From Bacillales bacterium (GTDB lineage: Bacteria; Bacillota_I; Bacilli_A; RF39; UBA660), in the NCBI GenBank assembly GCA_016288795.1, contig JAEELI010000017.1:85856-149855 (forward strand): 64,000 bases of DNA, written 5' to 3'. Under the pieces are notes generated by a model that saw only the letters and a list, made by a program, of their open reading frames with translations, was not told where the DNA came from and made no database searches. Within the stretch, counting starts at the first letter, position 1. The number at the start of each line of letters is the position of its first letter. Positions 1 to 10,700 of this stretch are shown piece by piece. A program made the position numbers and the translations under genes.

Positions 1-56
1 AAGACTTTGATTCTATCATTAACAAATTAAAAACCATTTTTGGTATTCATGAAATT

Positions 57-1025
57 GTGTTAGCGTATAAACTCGATAATAAAGATCTTAATATAATAAA
101 GCAAAATATTATTGAGTTATTAAAGAATAAAACATTTTCTACTTTTAAAGTTGAAGTTAAAAGAAGTGATAAGGATTATCCAATAGATGGAATGCAATTA
201 AGAAAAGATTTAGGAGCTCATATTTTAAAGAATATTTCTAATATAAAAGTAGATGTTAATAATCCAGAATTAGTGGTTAATATAGAAATTAGAAAAAAAG
301 AAGTTTTATTATTCTTTGATAGTATAAAAGGTTTAGGTGGATATCCAGTAGGAACTCTAGGTAAAGGGCTTCTTATGCTTAGTGGAGGAATAGATTCTCC
401 AGTTGCGGGTTATTTAGCTATGAAAAGGGGAATAAAATTAGAAGCCATTTATTTTGAAAGTCCTCCACATACAAGCGAGGCTGCCTTAAATAAAGTTAAA
501 TCTCTAGCTAAATTATTAGCCAGTTATAATAGTGATATTAAACTACATATTATTAATTTTACTGAAATACAAGAGAATATATATAAAAATATACCTAATG
601 ATTATTTAATAACCATTATGAGAAGAATGATGTATCGTATAAGTGCAATTATTGCTTCTAGAAATAATTGTAAAATAATAGTTAATGGAGAATCTATTGG
701 TCAAGTTGCAAGTCAAACATTAACAAGTATGAACGCAATTAATTCAGTAGTTAATATTCCGGTAATAAGACCCCTAGCGTGTTTTGACAAATTAGAAATA
801 ATATCTCTATCAAAAGATATTAATGCTTATGAAACAAGCATATTACCTTATGAAGATTGTTGCACTATATTTGTTCCAAAACATCCAGTGATTAATCCAG
901 AGAAAAGCAAATGTGAAGAATATGAATCATTAATTCCCTATGAAGATATGATTTATAGAGCTATAAAGAATAAAAATACAATTAAGATAACTAGTAAAGA
1001 AACAAACTATAGTGATTTATTATAA
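57..1025 (+). CDS. thiI: tRNA 4-thiouridine synthase ThiI (THUMP + PP-loop ATPase)
   Basis: PP-loop motif SGGIDSPVA in translation; length and domain order typical of ThiI. Confidence 0.85.
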   Translation: MLAYKLDNKDLNIIKQNIIELLKNKTFSTFKVEVKRSDKDYPIDGMQLRKDLGAHILKNISNIKVDVNNPELVVNIEIRKKEVLLFFDSIKGLGGYPVGTLGKGLLMLSGGIDSPVAGYLAMKRGIKLEAIYFESPPHTSEAALNKVKSLAKLLASYNSDIKLHIINFTEIQENIYKNIPNDYLITIMRRMMYRISAIIASRNNCKIIVNGESIGQVASQTLTSMNAINSVVNIPVIRPLACFDKLEIISLSKDINAYETSILPYEDCCTIFVPKHPVINPEKSKCEEYESLIPYEDMIYRAIKNKNTIKITSKETNYSDLL

Positions 1026-1068
1026 GTATTATTAAGCATAAGCAAACCATAATAATAATGGTGATATT

Positions 1069-1245
1069 ATGTTAAATAATAAAGGAATAGATTTATCTAA
1101 TGAGGATAATAGATATAGAATAAAAGAATTATTAAATCCATATGAGTATAACATTGAAAGAAATAATTCTTCCATAGATGAATCTCAGAAGAGCATATAC
1201 AAAAGTATATGCCACAGTTCTAGAAATATAAAAGCAAAAAAATAA
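1069..1245 (+). CDS. small hypothetical ORF (58 aa), not in ORF track
   Basis: ATG at 1069 to TAA at 1243-1245 in intergenic gap between thiI and the CapA-family gene; no recognisable motif. Confidence 0.2.
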   Translation: MLNNKGIDLSNEDNRYRIKELLNPYEYNIERNNSSIDESQKSIYKSICHSSRNIKAKK

Positions 1246-1270
1246 ATATATAGGAAGCCAAGGAGTTATA

Positions 1271-2452
1271 ATGAAACTAAAAAAGAAGTTTAAAATATTA
1301 ATAATAATAATTGTTATATGCCTTGGTTTTTGTTGGCTTTTAAAACCTAAAGATTCAAAGATTAAAGATATCACAGATTTAGAAAAAAAAGAAATTAAAG
1401 AAGCTAAAAAAAGTATTAAACTAACTTTAGTAGGAGATTTGCTCTTTGAATCTCCATTTTATAATGCAGTGAATAAAGGCTATGATAAAAATGTATATTT
1501 TAGTTTAGTTAAAGATTATTTTAAAGAAGATAACTTATCCATAGGTAATATGGAAGTAGTTATAGGAAATGAAAATTTAAAAGTAAGTGGAGATGGCTAT
1601 AACTTTTGTGCTCCAGAATACATAGGGGATTTAGTTAGTTCTTTAGATTTTGAAGTTTTAGGAACTGCTAATAATCATGCGTATGATCGAGGAACTGATG
1701 GTGTCTATTCTACTTTAGATTACTTTAGAAATAAAAGTGACATAGTTCCAATTGGAACTCATAAAAAAGAAGATTCTAATAGCTTTAATATTTTGGATAT
1801 AGAAGGAATTAAAATAGGTATTACCTCTTGGACTTATGGCACTAATCAAAAACCCCAAGGAGATAATATAGAACTTATTAATTATTATAAAGATATTAAT
1901 TCTAAAGAAATATATAAAGATAAAATAAAAGAAGAGATTAAAGAATTAAAAGAAAAAAGTGATATAGTTTTAGTTATTATTCACTGGGGGAATGAATTCA
2001 CCTTTAAACCAACTCAAGAGCAAAAAGATATAGCTTTATTCTTAAGTGAACTAGGAGTAGATATAATATTAGGAAGTCATTCCCACTCAATTCAGCCAGT
2101 GGAGTTTATTAATAATAAAACCATAGTTTTTTACTCTATGGGTAATTTTACTTCTCAGGATGATGATATAGCTAGAACTCCTAAGGGACAAGAAACTTTT
2201 GATAATGCTTATCAATTCGGTTTATTATCAACTTTAACCATAGATAAGAATAAAGATAGTATTAGTATAAATAATATTAAAACAAATATTATAGTTAATT
2301 ATTTTGATAAAGATTTAAATAATTTTAAATTAATTCCTTTAGATAAATATACCAAAGAATATGAAGAAACTCATTATAGGTATGGTTATGGTTTAACAAA
2401 AGATTTTATTTCAAAAACATATGAGGATGTAGTAGATGAACAATATAGATAA
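1271..2452 (+). CDS. CapA/PgsA-family metallophosphatase-like protein (poly-gamma-glutamate capsule synthesis family), N-terminal membrane anchor
   Basis: N-terminal TM helix; motifs LTLVGDLLFES and GTANNHAYDRG characteristic of CapA family. Confidence 0.6.
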   Translation: MKLKKKFKILIIIIVICLGFCWLLKPKDSKIKDITDLEKKEIKEAKKSIKLTLVGDLLFESPFYNAVNKGYDKNVYFSLVKDYFKEDNLSIGNMEVVIGNENLKVSGDGYNFCAPEYIGDLVSSLDFEVLGTANNHAYDRGTDGVYSTLDYFRNKSDIVPIGTHKKEDSNSFNILDIEGIKIGITSWTYGTNQKPQGDNIELINYYKDINSKEIYKDKIKEEIKELKEKSDIVLVIIHWGNEFTFKPTQEQKDIALFLSELGVDIILGSHSHSIQPVEFINNKTIVFYSMGNFTSQDDDIARTPKGQETFDNAYQFGLLSTLTIDKNKDSISINNIKTNIIVNYFDKDLNNFKLIPLDKYTKEYEETHYRYGYGLTKDFISKTYEDVVDEQYR

Positions 2453-2798
2453 TATATTATTAAAATTATCTAAATCTAAATTTAGAAGTAGTTTTAAATT
2501 AAAAGATAAAGATATAGAGTATATAAAAGATAAAGGATTAAATGTTATAGAAAAACATGCTTATGATTTTATTAAATCAAGAATTGCTCCCGAAAATCCT
2601 CCCAATGATGGCAAGCAAACGCCCACAAAAGGCCATCCTGTATTTATATCTCAACATGCATGTGCTTGCTGTTGTAGAGAGTGTTTATATAAATGGCATC
2701 ATATACCTAAAAATAAAGAATTAAATTCTAAAGAAATTGATTACATAGTTAGAGTATTAATGACATGGATAAAAAAAGAATATAATAATCATTTATGA
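2436..2798 (+). CDS. small Cys-rich conserved hypothetical protein (possibly DUF4186-like)
   Basis: CACCCRECLYKWHHI cysteine cluster; overlaps upstream stop (coupled); family assignment from memory only. Confidence 0.3.
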   Translation: MNNIDNILLKLSKSKFRSSFKLKDKDIEYIKDKGLNVIEKHAYDFIKSRIAPENPPNDGKQTPTKGHPVFISQHACACCCRECLYKWHHIPKNKELNSKEIDYIVRVLMTWIKKEYNNHL

Positions 2799-2844
2799 TT
2801 TAAACAAAAAATGATATAATAAAAAAAGAATAGAAGGTGATAAG

Positions 2845-4356
2845 ATGGCTATAGAAAAATATATTAATGATACTTATGACATGGTTTTCGACCCAATCCC
2901 ATCTTATCCGGGTATTTGGACCTTTAAAGCTGAAAATTTAGCTAAGAATGCCATAAAACAAGATGGTAAAAATTTATTTCAAGAATACTATGCCAAATAC
3001 TATGCAGAATTAAATAAAACATTCAAATATTTGAGCATTTTAGAAAATGGTTTTATTAGTTCATCTAATTATTTTTTAGAATTTTTATCAAATAATAACA
3101 ATAATCGTATTGGTAGAAATCTTAATTTTAATAAAGTTAAGTTTTTTATGGCTTTAGAAGGTTTATTGAATGATGAAATAGATAGGCATGGAAAAACTAA
3201 TGAAGAACATAGAATGATGATAAGAAACTTAGCAGAACATCTAGACGATAATTATGAAGCATTAAACTCGTTCTATTCTGAGGCCATGCGTCATAAAAAA
3301 GAGATTATTAAAGATATATTAGATAATCAAATTCAATCTTCCTATTATGATGTAGCTTTGAAAGATTATGAGCAACACAATTTAAGTGTTGATTTTTCTC
3401 AATACATAAAAAAATTATATGATATCATAGATGATTTCCAAACTGGCTTATTAAAACTAGAAGATTATTTTGATAGAAACTTGGATGTTTCTGAATTATA
3501 CAAATGTTTTGATCCAGATAGATTTTATCTATTATTTGGAGTAATTATATATGAACATAATCTAGAATCGGAAAAAAGAAATAAAAAATTAGCTAATAAT
3601 TTTAATTATTTAAGAGAATATTTTCTGAAAGTTCAAGAAGTTTATAAAGAAGATAAAAGATATAATCCAACTGTTCTTTATGAATGGAAAGATGGCAAAA
3701 AAGAAAGAATAAGTCAAAGAGAATTAGAACGTAGATATTTAGAAATGAAACAAAGACATCCAGAAGAAAAAGAAGTGATTTTGCCAACTGTAGATAACAG
3801 TGATTATTATAAAAATATTGATTTAATAGAAAAAATAGAGAAAATATATGATGATGATATTAAAGTGAATTGGGAATTTTTACCAGCAGGAGAAGGTATT
3901 AAGAAAAGTGATAATAGAGAATCCTCAGTTCAAAGAGATAAAAAAGTAATAAGTGTAAATGATGTTAATTTAAGAATAGAAATAATGGAACATTCAGGAT
4001 TCATTGGCAAGCCAATTAAAGGTAAATCATCATTTTCTAATTATTATGCTTTTATTTATCCAAATGGAAAAGTAATACTAGAAAAGTTTTGGGAAAATGA
4101 AAATGAATTAATACCATCTGTTAACAATGCTACTTATGTAATGACAATAGATCATTTTATGGAAATGAGTAAGATGGCAAAAATAGATTTAATAGAATAT
4201 ATGAAAAAATTTCCAGATATGGGGATGAAAAGAATATTTCATACATCAATAGATAATTGGCAAAAGAATCTATATAAAGAAATAAATGGTAGTTATAGAA
4301 TAGATGATGCCATTAGTTTTATTAATAGTTTGAGGAGTGAGTCTTTAGATGATTAA
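2845..4356 (+). CDS. hypothetical protein, 503 aa, no recognisable domain
   Basis: long uninterrupted ORF with RBS-like GAAGGTG upstream; cytoplasmic (no signal/TM); no motif I can assign. Confidence 0.5.
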   Translation: MAIEKYINDTYDMVFDPIPSYPGIWTFKAENLAKNAIKQDGKNLFQEYYAKYYAELNKTFKYLSILENGFISSSNYFLEFLSNNNNNRIGRNLNFNKVKFFMALEGLLNDEIDRHGKTNEEHRMMIRNLAEHLDDNYEALNSFYSEAMRHKKEIIKDILDNQIQSSYYDVALKDYEQHNLSVDFSQYIKKLYDIIDDFQTGLLKLEDYFDRNLDVSELYKCFDPDRFYLLFGVIIYEHNLESEKRNKKLANNFNYLREYFLKVQEVYKEDKRYNPTVLYEWKDGKKERISQRELERRYLEMKQRHPEEKEVILPTVDNSDYYKNIDLIEKIEKIYDDDIKVNWEFLPAGEGIKKSDNRESSVQRDKKVISVNDVNLRIEIMEHSGFIGKPIKGKSSFSNYYAFIYPNGKVILEKFWENENELIPSVNNATYVMTIDHFMEMSKMAKIDLIEYMKKFPDMGMKRIFHTSIDNWQKNLYKEINGSYRIDDAISFINSLRSESLDD

Positions 4357-4822
4357 TAATGGTATGTTTATAAGATTATTAGAATGTATTAATAATGATA
4401 GAGAAGCTTTTGATTTATTAGTTAAGGCGGATAATACTTTGGGATTAGATATGACTACCGAAGATATTATTAATTATTTGGAGTTTACTAATGTTAATTC
4501 TTTATTATCTAAAGAATTAACTAGTCATATCATTATAACTGAAGGAGATATATTAAGTGTTTTAAAAATAGTTCATGATATAGTTAGTTACAGAGGAGAT
4601 TATATTCTATTTATTAATGAGGATAATGCTGGCACAATTACATATTTAGTAAATAAATCTAATGATATATATGGTGAATATAATTTAGATGTTAAGATTA
4701 ATATTGATTATAGTGCTAATTATAATAGATATGTAGATTCTTCTGTAGATATAATAGGTAGTGAAATATTTGTTAAGACAGCATCTAAAGATTTTAATAA
4801 TCCTAATTTAATAATAGTGTAA
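4349..4822 (+). CDS. hypothetical protein, 157 aa, translationally coupled to upstream ORF
   Basis: ATG overlaps upstream TAA (ATGATTAATAATGG); no recognisable domain. Confidence 0.45.
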   Translation: MINNGMFIRLLECINNDREAFDLLVKADNTLGLDMTTEDIINYLEFTNVNSLLSKELTSHIIITEGDILSVLKIVHDIVSYRGDYILFINEDNAGTITYLVNKSNDIYGEYNLDVKINIDYSANYNRYVDSSVDIIGSEIFVKTASKDFNNPNLIIV

Positions 4823-4898
4823 ATAAAAGTAAATAAAATTAAAAAAATATCTAATATAGATATTTTTTTGTTAGAATTATAGATAGGAGAGTGGTTTT

Positions 4899-5627
4899 AT
4901 GTTTGTTGGAGAAGATCCAATTCATATTAATGCAGAAAAAGGAAGTATTGCTGAACTTGTTTTAATGCCAGGAGATCCTTTAAGAGCTAAATACATTGCT
5001 GAAAACTTCTTAACTGACGCTAAAGAAGTATGTAATTTAAGAAATATGTTAGGTTATACTGGAATTTATAAAGGAGTAAAAGTATCAGTTATTGGTTCAG
5101 GCATGGGAATGCCTAGTATGGGAATTTATTCTTGGGAACTATACCATTATTTCAATGTTAAAAAAATAATCAGAATAGGAACTTGTGGAGTAGTTAGTCC
5201 TGAAGTTAATGTTCCAGAATTAATACTTGCTGAAAAAGCCTATAGCGAATCTAACTTCGCTTGGACTTTTGATAATTATGAAGGTCATATTACATATCCA
5301 TCTAAAGAATTAAATGATATTATTTATGCGAAAAGTAAAGAACTAGGTCTTAAGATACATGTTGGAGATGTAACAACAATGGATGTTTTTGGACCATATA
5401 TAGATTATGATAGAGTTCTAGATAGAATGCCTAAAGACTTAAAAGTTATTGGGGAAGAAATGGAAGCATATGGTTTGTTTCATATAGCTAAACATTTCAA
5501 TCGTGAAGCATCATGTATTTTAACTGCAGTTGATTCTAAATTTAGTGATGTAGTTCTAAGTGGTGAAGAAAGACAAAGTAGTTTAAATGATATGATTACT
5601 TTAGCTTTAGAATCTATTATACAATAA
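4899..5627 (+). CDS. deoD: purine nucleoside phosphorylase, DeoD type
   Basis: PNP family-1 signature region GSGMGMPSMGIY, length 242 aa, GGAG RBS. Confidence 0.8.
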   Translation: MFVGEDPIHINAEKGSIAELVLMPGDPLRAKYIAENFLTDAKEVCNLRNMLGYTGIYKGVKVSVIGSGMGMPSMGIYSWELYHYFNVKKIIRIGTCGVVSPEVNVPELILAEKAYSESNFAWTFDNYEGHITYPSKELNDIIYAKSKELGLKIHVGDVTTMDVFGPYIDYDRVLDRMPKDLKVIGEEMEAYGLFHIAKHFNREASCILTAVDSKFSDVVLSGEERQSSLNDMITLALESIIQ

Positions 5628-5985
5628 ACTTATGACGATTCGGTAAGTTAAGAGAGATAAAGAATTCTTTAGTCTCTCTTTTTAAATGACCAATTTTACC
5701 AATTAATTCACTATCTAAAGGCTTTCGATAATGATTTATCTCCAAGAAAAGCAATTGCCACTCTAGATATAAATCATAATTAATTTGTTCTATTTTATGT
5801 AAAAGTTTATGACTAGTTCTGGATAGAATAGCGCCATTATCTACAGATTCAATGCCCCCATTTCTTTTTTCTAATATATGATGATAGGAAACATAATTCT
5901 TTTGAGTAATTTTATATCCCATCCAATCAGTTTTAGGATTTCCATATATCCTCAACATATCTTCCATAATTTGTCTATTTTTCAT
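5617..5985 (-). CDS. small HNH endonuclease-family protein
   Basis: YHHI...NGG...N...L.RTSHKLLH arrangement resembles HNH nuclease core (His-Asn-His). Confidence 0.5.
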   Translation of the reverse strand: MKNRQIMEDMLRIYGNPKTDWMGYKITQKNYVSYHHILEKRNGGIESVDNGAILSRTSHKLLHKIEQINYDLYLEWQLLFLEINHYRKPLDSELIGKIGHLKRETKEFFISLNLPNRHKFIV

Positions 5986-6054
5986 ACCAAATACCTCTGA
6001 GTTGATATTCTAACACACATTTAAAAATAAAAAAATACTTGTTTGCAAGTATTT

Positions 6055-7410
6055 TTATTTATTAAATAAATTTATTAGAGTAGTGAATAATTTCACTAAA
6101 TTATCTAAATCATTTTGATTTTTAGCTTCACATCTAAGAGTAATATTTGGACCAGTATTACTACATCTAACGTATGCCCAAGAATCTTTAAACATAACTC
6201 TTAAACCATCTATTTCCATTATCTTATAATTATTATTCAAACAGTATTTTTTAATGTTTTCAATAACTTCATATTTTTTAGTATCTGGGGATGCAAACTT
6301 TTCTTCTGGAGAATTTAAATAATGGGGAATAGTTTGCACAAGTTCACTTAATGTTTTATCTGTTTTAGAAAGTATTTCAATTAATCTTAGGGAAGAATAC
6401 ATTGCACTTTCTGTTGAAAATAATCTATCATTTAAAGAAATGTGGCCAACATATTGGATTCCCAATGGAATATTATCTTTTAAAACTTTTTCTTGAGTAT
6501 AACTTGATCCAGTTCTACATATAACTGGTATTCCTCCTAACCTTAAAACCTCATCTTTAAAAGAATCAGAAGATTTAGCATCATATAGAAATGATCTATT
6601 TTTTACTTTATCAATAATATTCCTAAGGATAATTATTCCATAATCTTCGATTGCAACTCGATTTCCTTTTTCATCTACTATGCCAATTCTATCGCCATCA
6701 CCATCAAAACCAATACCTAAATCAGCGTGTATTTCTAAAACTTTGGCTTTTAATTGATCTAAATTACTTTCAATACTTGGATCAGGGTGGTGATTAGGAA
6801 AAGAACCATCGCTTTTCTCATTAATAATTGTTAAATCTATATTTAATTTTTCATAAATATCTCTTGCTATAGTAGTGGTAACTCCATTAGCAGGATCTAA
6901 AACAACTTTAATTCTTTTTTTACCAAACTTTAAAGTATTAATAACATATTCTATATACTCATTTCTAATATCTCTATGTTCAATACTTCCTTTTCCATCT
7001 TTAAATTCGCCCTTTTCAATATATCTTTTTAAATCTTGAATCATCATTCCTCTAGCATTTGCGTATTTATCAAAAGAAAATTTAAATCCATTATCATCCT
7101 TGGGATTATGGCTTGCTGTAATCATAACACCAAATAAATCATTAATATGACGAGCGTAGTAATTCATTGGGGTAGTAGTTAGGCCATAATCAATAACATT
7201 AATACCGGTTTCTAATAGACCTTTTACCATGCTATCATGTAAACTTGGACTTGATAAACGGTTATCATGAGAAAGAACACAAGCATCTTGGCCTAAGAAT
7301 TCTTGTAGAAAAGAGCCATAACCTAAACCAAGCTTATATGCTACTTCTTCATTAATCTCATCTGGATATTTGCCTCTAATGTCGTATTCACGAAAAATAT
7401 TATCTTTCAC
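6055..7410 (-). CDS. phosphohexomutase (phosphoglucomutase/phosphomannomutase/GlmM family)
   Basis: active-site Ser motif TASHNP, metal-binding GFDGDGDR, 451 aa. Confidence 0.8.
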   Translation of the reverse strand: MKDNIFREYDIRGKYPDEINEEVAYKLGLGYGSFLQEFLGQDACVLSHDNRLSSPSLHDSMVKGLLETGINVIDYGLTTTPMNYYARHINDLFGVMITASHNPKDDNGFKFSFDKYANARGMMIQDLKRYIEKGEFKDGKGSIEHRDIRNEYIEYVINTLKFGKKRIKVVLDPANGVTTTIARDIYEKLNIDLTIINEKSDGSFPNHHPDPSIESNLDQLKAKVLEIHADLGIGFDGDGDRIGIVDEKGNRVAIEDYGIIILRNIIDKVKNRSFLYDAKSSDSFKDEVLRLGGIPVICRTGSSYTQEKVLKDNIPLGIQYVGHISLNDRLFSTESAMYSSLRLIEILSKTDKTLSELVQTIPHYLNSPEEKFASPDTKKYEVIENIKKYCLNNNYKIMEIDGLRVMFKDSWAYVRCSNTGPNITLRCEAKNQNDLDNLVKLFTTLINLFNK

Positions 7411-7499
7411 ACTAATCCCTCACTTATTATAAGTTTATCACAAAATAAGAATAATTCCTAGTTGACTTAAATAATATTTTTGCATATAATTGATAATGT

Positions 7500-7730
7500 A
7501 ATTTTTAAGGCGGAACAAGACAAGTAAATTAAAATAGTTTTAAGAGAGTTAGTGATTGGTGAAAACTAATAAATGATGTTTAATTTATATCACTTGGGAG
7601 CTAATTATTTGAAATATAGTAAAATAATTCGTTGATGGCGTTAACATATAGAGATGAATAATTCATGAATTAAGGTGGTACCACGGGTTTACTCGTCCTT
7701 AAGTTATGAATTTTTTTAATTTTTAGAAGG
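7500..7730 (+). promoter_or_regulatory. T-box riboswitch leader of ileS
   Basis: Stem I element AGAGAGTTAGTGATTGGTGAAAACTAATAAATG; T-box sequence AATTAAGGTGGTACCACGG at ~7669-7687 followed by U-rich terminator. Confidence 0.75.
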
Positions 7731-7737
7731 GTGATTT

Positions 7738-10700
7738 ATGAAAAATTTTGAAAGTCTAGATGGAAGAGAAGTTCATTTAGTAGAAAAAGACATTCGCGAA
7801 AGATGGCAAAAAGAAAATATATTAGATAAATGTATTGAGAACCGAAAAGATAATGATAATTGGGTGTTTTATGATGGACCAATTTATGCTAATGCAGCTC
7901 CAGGTATCCACCACGTATTTGCTAAAACAATTAAAGATGCTTTTTGTAAATATAAAACAATGCAAGGATATCGTGTTTTAAGAAAGATTGGGTTGGATAC
8001 CCACGGATTACCAATTGAAGTTAATGTAGAAAAGAAATTAGGTTTTACAAGTAAGGCTGATATTGAAAAATTTGGAGTAGAGAACTTTTGTAAAGAATGT
8101 AATAAAGCAACAGCAATCAATATTGGAGAAATAAATAAAGTTACTGATATGATGGGCCAATTCATTGATTGTGATAATCCTTATGTAACATGCTCAAATG
8201 ATTATATAGAATCTGAATGGTGGATTATTAATGAATTAAATAAAAAAGGATTAATATACCATGGCTCTAAGGTTTTACCTTATTGTCCTCGTTGTGGAAC
8301 TGAACTTTCTTCAAATGAAGTAGCTCAAGGTTATGAAAGTGTTTCTGTAAATACTGTCATAGTGCCATTTAAATTAGTAAATGAAGATACTTATGTACTT
8401 GTTTGGACAACTACACCTTGGACATTAATGGCAAATGTGGCACTTTGCGTTAATCCAAGTTTAGAATATTTAAAAGTTCAATCAATGGGCTATAACTTCA
8501 TTGTTGGAGCATCTCTAGCTAATTCTGTTTTAGGAGATGAATATGAAGTTTTAGATAAATATAAAGGCAAAGACTTAGTAGGATTAAAATATGAACAATT
8601 ATTACCTTTTGTTAAAGTAGAAGGAAAATCTTTTGAAATAGTTGCTGATAATTATGTTACAGATTCTGATGGAACAGGTATTGTTCACATAGCTCCTGCA
8701 TATGGTGAAGATGACAATCGTGTTTGTCGTGAAAATGATATTACTTTTATAAATCCAGTTGGAAAAGATGGAAAATATAATGAAGGTCCTTGGAAGGGTA
8801 GAGTTGTTACATCTTCAGAGTTAGAATTAGATATTATTAAATATTTAAAAGAAAATGATAAATTATTCAAAAAGATTAAAATGACTCATGATTATCCACA
8901 TTGTTGGCGTTGTAAAGAACCATTAATTTATTATGCTAAACCAGCTTGGTATGTAAAAAATACTAAATTAAAAGAAGAAATAATAAAAGAAAACAATAAA
9001 ATTAATTGGTTCCCAGCATATGTTGGTGAAAAACGTTTTGGTAACTGGTTGGATAACATGATTGATTGGAGCATTTCTCGTAATCGTTACTGGGGATGTC
9101 CACTTCCTATTTGGACTTGTGAATGTGGAAACTTTGAATCAATTGGTTCATTAGACGAATTACAAGAAAGACTAATTGAAGATATAGATGTTAGAAAAAT
9201 AGAATTACATAGACCTTATGTAGATGATTTACATATAAAGTGTTCTAAATGTGGAAAAACAATGGAAAGAGTTAAAGATGTTATGGACGTTTGGTTTGAC
9301 TCAGGGGCAATGCCATATGCTCAATTCCATTATCCATTTGAAAATAAAGAGTTATTTGAAAGTCAATTTCCTGCAGATTTCATTGCCGAGGGAATAGATC
9401 AAACTAGAGGATGGTTCTATGTTTTACTAGTAATATCTACACTATTAAGTGGTAAGTCTTCATTTAAAAATGTTGTTGTTAATGATATGATGCTAGATAA
9501 AAATGGCAAGAAAATGAGCAAATCACTTGGTAACATTGTTAATCCAGTGGATATTATGACTAAATATGGAGCAGATGAAGTTAGATTCTATTTAATGTAT
9601 GCCAGCCCTGTATGGACACCATTAAAGTTTGATGAAGAAGGCATAAAAGAAGTTCATTCTAAATTCTTTAATCCATTTAAAAACACTTATAATTTCTTCA
9701 GCATGTATGCCACTACTGATAATATTGATATTAAAGATTGTCAAATTGCAGTTAAAGATAGGGAAGAAATTGATAAATGGTTATTATCAAGATACAATTC
9801 TTTATTAAAGAATGTTTACAATAGTTATGAAGAATACGATCTAAATAAAGTAGTTAAATATGTAACAAACTTTGTATCCGATGATTTATCTAATTGGTAT
9901 ATTAGAAGATGCCGTAATCGTTTCTGGGGAAGTGAATTGAATAATTCTAAAAAATCAGTTTATATAACTACTTATGAAGTTTTAGTAGGATTATCAAAGA
10001 TAATCGCTCCAATAACTCCATACATTTCTGAAGAAATATATACAAAACTAACTAAAGAATATTCTGTTCATACTTCAAATTTTCCTAAATTTGATGAGAA
10101 ATTGATAGATTTAAAACTAGAAGAAAAAATGGATTATGTTAGAAATTTAATTTCTATGGGAAGAATGGTTAGAGAAGAATCTAAAATTAAAGTTAGAACT
10201 CCATTAAGTGAAGCAATTATAGATAAAAATATCTATGATAAAATATCTGATTTAATACCATTAATAGAAGAAGAATTAAATGTTAAAAAGTTAGTTAAAG
10301 AAGATAATCTATCTAGGTATATGAATATGACTATTAAACCAAACTACAAAGTAGTTGGGCGTATATTCGGTTCTAAATTAAAAGAATATGAAGAATTCTT
10401 AAGTTCTTCAGATATAGATGAATTAAATAAAGAAAATGTAGTATTCAACGGAACTACTATAACTAAAGATATGTTTGAAGTTAAAATATCTTCTAAAGAA
10501 GGATTTAATGTTGGAGTTTTAAATAATCTATTTATAGTTTTAAATACTAATTTAACTGAAGATTTAATAAATGAAGGTCATGCTAGGGAATTCGTTTCTA
10601 AGATTCAAAACATGCGAAAAGAAAATTCATTTGAGATTAGTGATAGAATAAATATTTATTATAGTAGTTTAGAATTTAAACCAATAGTTGATCATTTTGG

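Noticed and set aside
1132-1374. 80-aa minus-strand ORF overlapping the CapA-family gene start
   Set aside because: Overlaps a well-supported + strand gene and its RBS; hydrophobic low-complexity translation; no RBS.
3602-3787. Other short minus-strand ORFs nested in long + genes (e.g. 3602-3787, 11226-11555, 13197-13550, 16346-16648, 39891-40303, 45205-45972, 53823-54032)
   Set aside because: All embedded antisense in conserved genes with no independent signals.
7884-8870. Antisense ORFs (93 aa and 61 aa) inside ileS
   Set aside because: Fully embedded in a highly conserved coding gene on the opposite strand; low-complexity Ser/Leu/Phe-rich translations typical of AT-rich antisense frames.
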